Position numbers and translations under genes: made by a program
Notes under the pieces: generated by a model
Seen by the model: only the letters and a program-made list of their open reading frames with translations
Told to the model about the DNA's origin: nothing
The model's database searches: none
Source: Longimicrobiales bacterium
GTDB taxonomy: Bacteria; Gemmatimonadota; Gemmatimonadetes; Longimicrobiales; Gaopeijiaceae
Direction of reading: 5' to 3'
Assembly: GCA_965203485.1 (NCBI GenBank)
Contig: OZ241892.1
Coordinates: 1,952,001-2,016,000, forward strand
DNA: 64,000 nucleotides
Shown: piece after piece, positions 59,762 to 64,000 of the stretch
How positions within the stretch are numbered: the stretch's first letter is position 1
Layout of the letters: the number at the start of each line of letters is the position of its first letter

Positions 59762-60396
59762 GGCGCGGCTCCCCCCTCGTCGTCCTCCGGCGTCACCGCC
59801 GCCACCGCCTCGGCCAGCTCCTCGTACGCCGCCGGATCCACTTGATTGAAGCGCGGAATCACCTTCGCGACCCGTCCGTCCGGCCCGACCACGATCACGG
59901 CCCGGCTGTCGACCATGTTGTTGTCGCGAAGGCTGCCGCCGAACGCCGCGTAGGAGACCCCGTCGTTCTCGGCGTCGCTGCCGAACACGAACGGGAAGTC
60001 CTCGTCCTTGAGCCACGAGGCCAGTTCTTCGGGCGAGTCGTTGGATATGCCCAGCACCACCACGTTGCGGCCTTCGTTGAACAGCTGTGCGTACTGATCC
60101 CGGTACGCTCTCATCTGAACCGTTCAGCCGCGCGTCCTGACCCGGAAGAAGAAGGCCAGGACCACCGCGTCGCCCCGGTAGTCGCTCAACCGAATCTTGT
60201 CCCGCAGCACGCCGTGCCGGGTCGCCGCCGCCAGCTCGATCTCCGGCGCCTCCTCGCCCACCGCGATCAACCCCGATCCCGGCTCGGCCTCCTGCGCCTC
60301 CGCCCCTTCGGGCGCCGACAAGCCCGCCGTCCCGGCCAGCGCCGCCGCCGCCAGCGCCGCCGGAAGCCCCGTCCATCCTCCGCGTGCCCTTCTCAC
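59758..60396 (-). CDS. Exported peroxiredoxin (BCP/AhpC-TSA-like) selenoprotein (Sec at codon 91, TGA 60126-60124)
   Basis: GAGGAGG-type RBS and GTG at 60396; signal peptide (AEAQ); VG..AP, LSDYRG..VVLAFF..RTRG-U-TVQM..YRD, VLGIS.D, SRAVIVVGPDG. There is no Cys anywhere in the protein. Confidence 0.85.
60089..60108 (-). promoter_or_regulatory. Candidate bacterial SECIS for the peroxiredoxin gene
   Basis: Minus strand GCGTAC-CGGGATCA-GTACGC, a perfect 6-bp stem with a G-rich loop, after a 15-nt spacer from the TGA. Confidence 0.65.
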
Positions 60397-60467
60397 GTCC
60401 CTTCCCTCCTCTTCTGAAGTCCCTGGTTGCGGCCTACGGCCGACGGCCCCGCCGCCCCGCGCCGCCG

Positions 60468-61397
60468 TCACGGCCGACTCGGCGGCGCCGAGGCCAAAGC
60501 CTTGCGAATCGCCTCCACCGTGCGGTCCACGCGGAACTGGAGCAGCTTTCTGCCCGTTTCGATCGTGGCCTCCCTGTCGGCGATGCTCACGCCGTTGATC
60601 GACGCCTTGCCCGCCTTCACGCGCTGGGCGTGGCGAACCGTCTCCGGGTCCTCGACCATCATGATCGCCGTGATCACGAAGTCGTCGTGAATGCCCTCGT
60701 TCATCGGCTCGCTGATCCCGAGTTCGGTGTTCATCCACTCGTGCACTTCGGCGTACCGGTAGAACTCGGGCACGTAGTGGGCGCGCGCCGAGCCCGACCA
60801 GCGAGCGTTGAGCTCCCCGGCGACCGCCGCCATCCCCGACTGGTTCCCCCCGCTGTCGCCGATGAAGACGACGTCGGTGAACCCGTGCGCCCGCAGGCTG
60901 CTCGCCACGTCGTCCAGCACCGCCCTGTACGTCTCCTCGCGAAGGCTGATCGTGCCCGGATAGCGCATGTGGCCCGACGGGCTGTCGATATCGCCCTCCG
61001 GCACCAGCTTCACGACCGGCGCGCAGAGCGCGTCGCCCAGCGCCCGCGCGATGCCCTCGCACGCACCCGCCAGGACATAGTTGTGCTTGCCCGTCGCCAA
61101 GTACGGCCCGTTCTGCTCGATCCCCCCCGTCGCGACGATCGCCGTCGTCTTGCCGTCCCGCAGCGCGTCGCGCACCTCCATCCAAGTCAGCTCCTCGATC
61201 CACACCGACTCGAGCGCCTCGATCGGACGCTCCGCCCGCATGTCGGCGAGCAGCGCCTCGGCCTGCCGGGCCTGCATCTCGGCACGCCGCTCGGAGGTCA
61301 CGGGGCCGCGGCCCGGTTGTGCCGAAGCGTTCGCCGGAAGGGCCAGAAGCGCCAGAAGGAGGAAGCCGGCGGGGCGCGGCGGGCGTTGTCTCTTCAT
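60468..61397 (-). CDS. Creatininase family protein (secreted)
   Basis: Signal peptide; EELTW.E, TGGIEQNGP....KH, HM.YPGTISL, DSGGN, GIHDD. Confidence 0.88.
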   Translation of the reverse strand: MKRQRPPRPAGFLLLALLALPANASAQPGRGPVTSERRAEMQARQAEALLADMRAERPIEALESVWIEELTWMEVRDALRDGKTTAIVATGGIEQNGPYLATGKHNYVLAGACEGIARALGDALCAPVVKLVPEGDIDSPSGHMRYPGTISLREETYRAVLDDVASSLRAHGFTDVVFIGDSGGNQSGMAAVAGELNARWSGSARAHYVPEFYRYAEVHEWMNTELGISEPMNEGIHDDFVITAIMMVEDPETVRHAQRVKAGKASINGVSIADREATIETGRKLLQFRVDRTVEAIRKALASAPPSRP

Positions 61398-61522
61398 TGC
61401 TCTCTTCTCGCTTGCTCGGGAATGGAGGGGACAGCTGCCTCGATGTCGCGACGCGACGCATGCGCGGCACCGACGGCCGCGCGGCAATCTAGCGTGCGAC
61501 CGCGCCGCGTGCGACCGCGCCG

Positions 61523-61640
61523 CTCGCGGAACTGGTGCACTCGGTTCACGAAGGACATCGCCATTGATTCGTCTTGAACGCTTCGGTCGCGCTGTCCTGG
61601 GTCCTGGCCGACGAGACAACCAGACCAGCTCCCGTCGTCG
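61523..61640 (+). pseudogene. Scar of a vapBC-like toxin-antitoxin pair (antitoxin C-terminus + PIN toxin N-terminus)
   Basis: LAELVHSVHEGHRH* (61523-61567) is followed immediately by FVLNASVALSWVLADE, resembling VapC FVLDASVALSW. There is no in-frame start, and the first PIN Asp is Asn. Confidence 0.55.
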
Positions 61641-61675
61641 TGACGCTCGCGGTCGTGCGTGTCCGCGAACGCGAG

Positions 61676-61757
61676 TCTTATTCAATGTTCAGGCATGAAA
61701 ACGGAATAACACTGGCCCTTATTCAGAAGAGCACGGTCAAACCGGAATAAGATGGCC
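61676..61757. repeat. Two tandem 41-bp-period units, each TTATTC-N20-GAATAA
   Basis: TTATTC at 61678 and 61719; GAATAA at 61704 and 61745; both units end in TGGCC. Confidence 0.7.
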
Positions 61758-61819
61758 GCCCGTGGGGCCTTGAGCGGGCGTCGTTGCGCCTTCTGGTCGG
61801 CGGAGCGTAAACTGGCAAC

Positions 61820-62608
61820 ATGAACGCCTCCCCTCGCGGTCCCCGCTCGGCAGCAGTCGCGGCGGTTGCATTCCTGGCCTTTCTTGCGCTTTGGCCGTCC
61901 GCAACCCTCGCCGCCCAGGCCGACCCGGCCGCACCCTGGCCGCCCGTCGCGACCTTCTCCATCGTCGGCTTCGATCCGGCCACCGGCGAAGTGGGCGTGG
62001 CGGTTCAGTCCCGCGTCTTCTCGGTGGGCAACGGCGTGATTTGGGGAGAAGCCGGCGTCGGCGTCGTCGCCACCCAAGCAATCGTGGACGTGAGCTACGG
62101 CCCCCAAGCCCTTGCGCTGTTGCGGGAAGGCATGTCGCCGGAGGCGGTGGTGCGCGAAGTCCTGGCCCGCGACCCGGATCCGGACCCCGAGCGCTGGACC
62201 AAGGAAGGACGGCAGTTCTCGGTCATGAACGCGAACGGCGACATCGCCACCCACACCGGCCCTCGAGCCAGCGAGTGGGCGGGACACCGCATCGGCGAGC
62301 ACTGCTCGGCACAAGGCAACATCCTGGCCGGCCCGGCGGTCGTCGACGACATGGTTGCCGCCTTCGAGTCCACGGAGGGCCACATATCCCTGCGACTCCA
62401 GGCCGCCTTGGAAGCGGGACAGGCGGCAGGTGGCGACACCCGAGGGATGCAGTCGGCCGCCATGCTGATCGTCGGCGAGGACGGCGGCGTCTGGCTCAAC
62501 AACGACGTCGTCCTGCGCCTCCAGGTGGACGACCATCCGGAGCCCATCGCCGAGTTGCGCCGACTGGTGGAGATGGCGGCCGCCCAGCGGGAGCGACGGG
62601 GGATGTAG
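61820..62608 (+). CDS. DUF1028 family (Ntn-hydrolase-like) secreted protein
   Basis: ATFSIVG.DP.TGE.GVAVQS, GVVATQA, AQGNILAG, GGD.RG.QSAA, LRL.VDDH..P..EL.RL. Confidence 0.9.
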   Translation: MNASPRGPRSAAVAAVAFLAFLALWPSATLAAQADPAAPWPPVATFSIVGFDPATGEVGVAVQSRVFSVGNGVIWGEAGVGVVATQAIVDVSYGPQALALLREGMSPEAVVREVLARDPDPDPERWTKEGRQFSVMNANGDIATHTGPRASEWAGHRIGEHCSAQGNILAGPAVVDDMVAAFESTEGHISLRLQAALEAGQAAGGDTRGMQSAAMLIVGEDGGVWLNNDVVLRLQVDDHPEPIAELRRLVEMAAAQRERRGM

Positions 62609-62615
62609 GGTTGGG

Positions 62616-62911
62616 CAACGGTCCAGCGCGAGTCACCGAGTATATCAGACGCCTTGGACTGGGGATCCCCGAGTGAGCATCCAGAACAATGGAAAAGCGA
62701 AAGCCTATCAGGTTCGCCAAGTCGTCCGCGCCATCGAGAAACTGGAAGCTCGGACACCCGACGAATCGCTAAAGGAATCGCCATGACGAAACGCTATACG
62801 TACCGCGTAACGTGGTCCACGGAGGATCAGGAGCATCTCGGGTTGTTGAGCTCGCCTTTTCACCGACCACCATCGAGCGCATCAAGCGAGTCGCGCCCGG
62901 TGGTGACGTAG
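62616..62911 (+). pseudogene. Scar of a hicAB toxin-antitoxin pair (HicA lacking its N-terminus, HicB truncated)
   Basis: SHRVYQTPWTGDPRVSIQNNGKAKAYQVRQVVRAIEKL* (stop at 62786) has an ATGA overlap with MTKRYTYRVTWSTEDQEHLGL (62783), which diverges after about 21 aa. Confidence 0.75.
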
Positions 62912-63010
62912 CTGCCTACTGCTACAAGCTCGTGTACTGGTGGCTGGAGCGAGATGAGAACAAGGTCCTGGCCGAGAAGGCCAGGGGAACTCAAGCACAA
63001 GGAAAGTGGA

Positions 63011-63379
63011 ATGAACCCGCACTTGATGAAGCGGACGCATGACAAGAGCTTCAGTGTCGCTGGCATGGTGGCCATCTACTTGTTGGTCGTCATACTAGTA
63101 GGGCTGGTGATCCTGTTCAACTCTCGGGTGCTAGTCGCCCCCATCGTGGGCATGTTGCTACTGGTCGCTGTCGCCCTGCCGGTGCTGGTGTGCGTACTAG
63201 TCGGCCGTGCAGCCCAGTACGTAGCGGGTTACGAGAAGCCCCGTCAGATCTGGAAGGAAAGCGAAGAGTACTTCCGCAGCGTCATTGAACGAAGTGGTGA
63301 CAAACACAGGATCAAGTGGGCGGAAGAGAAGCTAGAAGCGCTGCTCGCACGTCAGGCACGAGAGGAAGACGAAAAGTGA
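63011..63379 (+). CDS. Hypothetical membrane protein (two TM helices)
   Basis: ORF with two long hydrophobic segments in the lower-GC terminal region. Confidence 0.55.
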   Translation: MNPHLMKRTHDKSFSVAGMVAIYLLVVILVGLVILFNSRVLVAPIVGMLLLVAVALPVLVCVLVGRAAQYVAGYEKPRQIWKESEEYFRSVIERSGDKHRIKWAEEKLEALLARQAREEDEK

Positions 63380-63546
63380 AGCGCAAGTACAAGTTGACAC
63401 TGGTTGGAGCCGCACTTGCCACGGAACTGGGGACAGCATTTTCAGCGCATGAAGCGCACGGGCAGTGAACGTTGGAGACGAAAAGGGATGACTTCTTGGG
63501 CACCGAGAAGGTCACACTCGAGACGTCAATGGCCTTACGTGGCTGA
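63376..63546 (+). pseudogene. Remnant of a secreted protein with a premature stop
   Basis: GTGA-coupled VKRKYKLTLVGAALA...AHGQ*TLETKRDDFLG...; TGA at 63466 directly after a signal-peptide-like segment. Confidence 0.4.
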
Positions 63547-63641
63547 CCATCTTCGGTGCTGAGTCCGGCTTCTTTGGTGACATTTCACTGACAGAGAAGT
63601 GGGGCAATGAACTAGAGGACACCGGATTGGTCGTGTTGGCG

Positions 63642-64000
63642 TCAGACGCTCGAACACTGGTTGTGAGTCCGCCTGTCGGGTTTGAGGCCTTCTTTGAGGT
63701 CGGCCAGAATTTTTGTCATGGTAGGATCAAAATCTTGGTTGATAACGCATGCCGCCATGTTCTTCGGAAACCCGGATTCCCTTTTGGCGACCAGTGATTT
63801 GAGGTATACGGCGCGATCACGCCGCTTCTCGATGAACGCAAGAAAGACCTGCGCCGTGATCCGATGAGCCGCGCTGTGATTCGCGAAAGCTTCCATCGCA
63901 ATAACCGGCGATCCCGGTTCTCCACCCGTGTACTCGCCGGGACCGGCAAAGCCGTCAATGAAGATTATCCGTCCTTGAGTGCTGCCGAGAATGGGAAACC
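63642..64000 (-). pseudogene. Three-Cys-motif partner protein TcmP-like SAM-binding protein; partial at the window edge and apparently C-terminally truncated
   Basis: FPILGSTQGRIIFIDGFAGPGEYTGGEPGSPVIAM...FIEK; the frame stops at 63642 before the usual F.DPFG motif. Confidence 0.7.

Noticed and set aside
61676..61757. CRISPR array
   Set aside because: Only two degenerate units and no cas genes in the window.
63466..63468. In-frame TGA after a signal peptide as a third selenocysteine
   Set aside because: No redox motif or convincing hairpin; the Q-*-T context fits a TGG->TGA nonsense mutation in a decaying island, and another stop follows soon after.
1..64000. Genome-wide TGA reassignment (to Trp or Gly)
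   Set aside because: Many intact genes end in TGA with ATGA/GTGA coupling (nurA, lptF, comEA, pilT); readthrough is needed only at two catalytic-Cys positions.
1..64000. tRNA (including tRNA-Sec), rRNA, transposase or integrase genes
   Set aside because: No cloverleaf or rRNA signatures and no DDE or tyrosine/serine recombinase motifs were recognised by eye; selABCD must lie outside this window if present.

Overview
High-GC bacterial chromosome segment. The gene mix (alpha2-type GlyRS, SprA-like giant barrel, choice-of-anchor B, two DUF5916 proteins, many signal-peptide proteins) suggests Gemmatimonadota or a related FCB-group lineage; this is inference only. Housekeeping genes include glyQS, nfuA, an Fpg/Nei glycosylase, dihydroorotase, gpmI, lptFG, pilT/pilC, comEA, TRAP dctQM and ccdA-tlpA. 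Defence and repair genes include an Eco29kI-family nuclease, a Vsr + NgoMIV-like + C5-MTase cassette, and a complete nurA-herA-mre11(sbcD)-rad50(sbcC) cluster interrupted by a small antisense secreted gene. The ORF track splits two genes at in-frame TGA codons that fall on catalytic-Cys positions and are followed by hairpins, so both are probable selenoproteins: a UGSC-motif protein (49866-50441), translationally coupled to a thioredoxin-like fusion partner, and a Cys-free, signal-peptide-bearing peroxiredoxin (59758-60396) converging on ccdA-tlpA. Other oddities: a DapF with both catalytic Cys replaced by Ser, an sprA-comEA-pilT-pilC run without pilB, and many short scars of accessory genes (AlbA_2/HATPase, NERD, sigma54 activator, vapBC, hicAB, tcmP). 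No rRNA, tRNA, CRISPR array or intact transposase/integrase was recognised. Family calls come from motif recognition by eye, not database searches.
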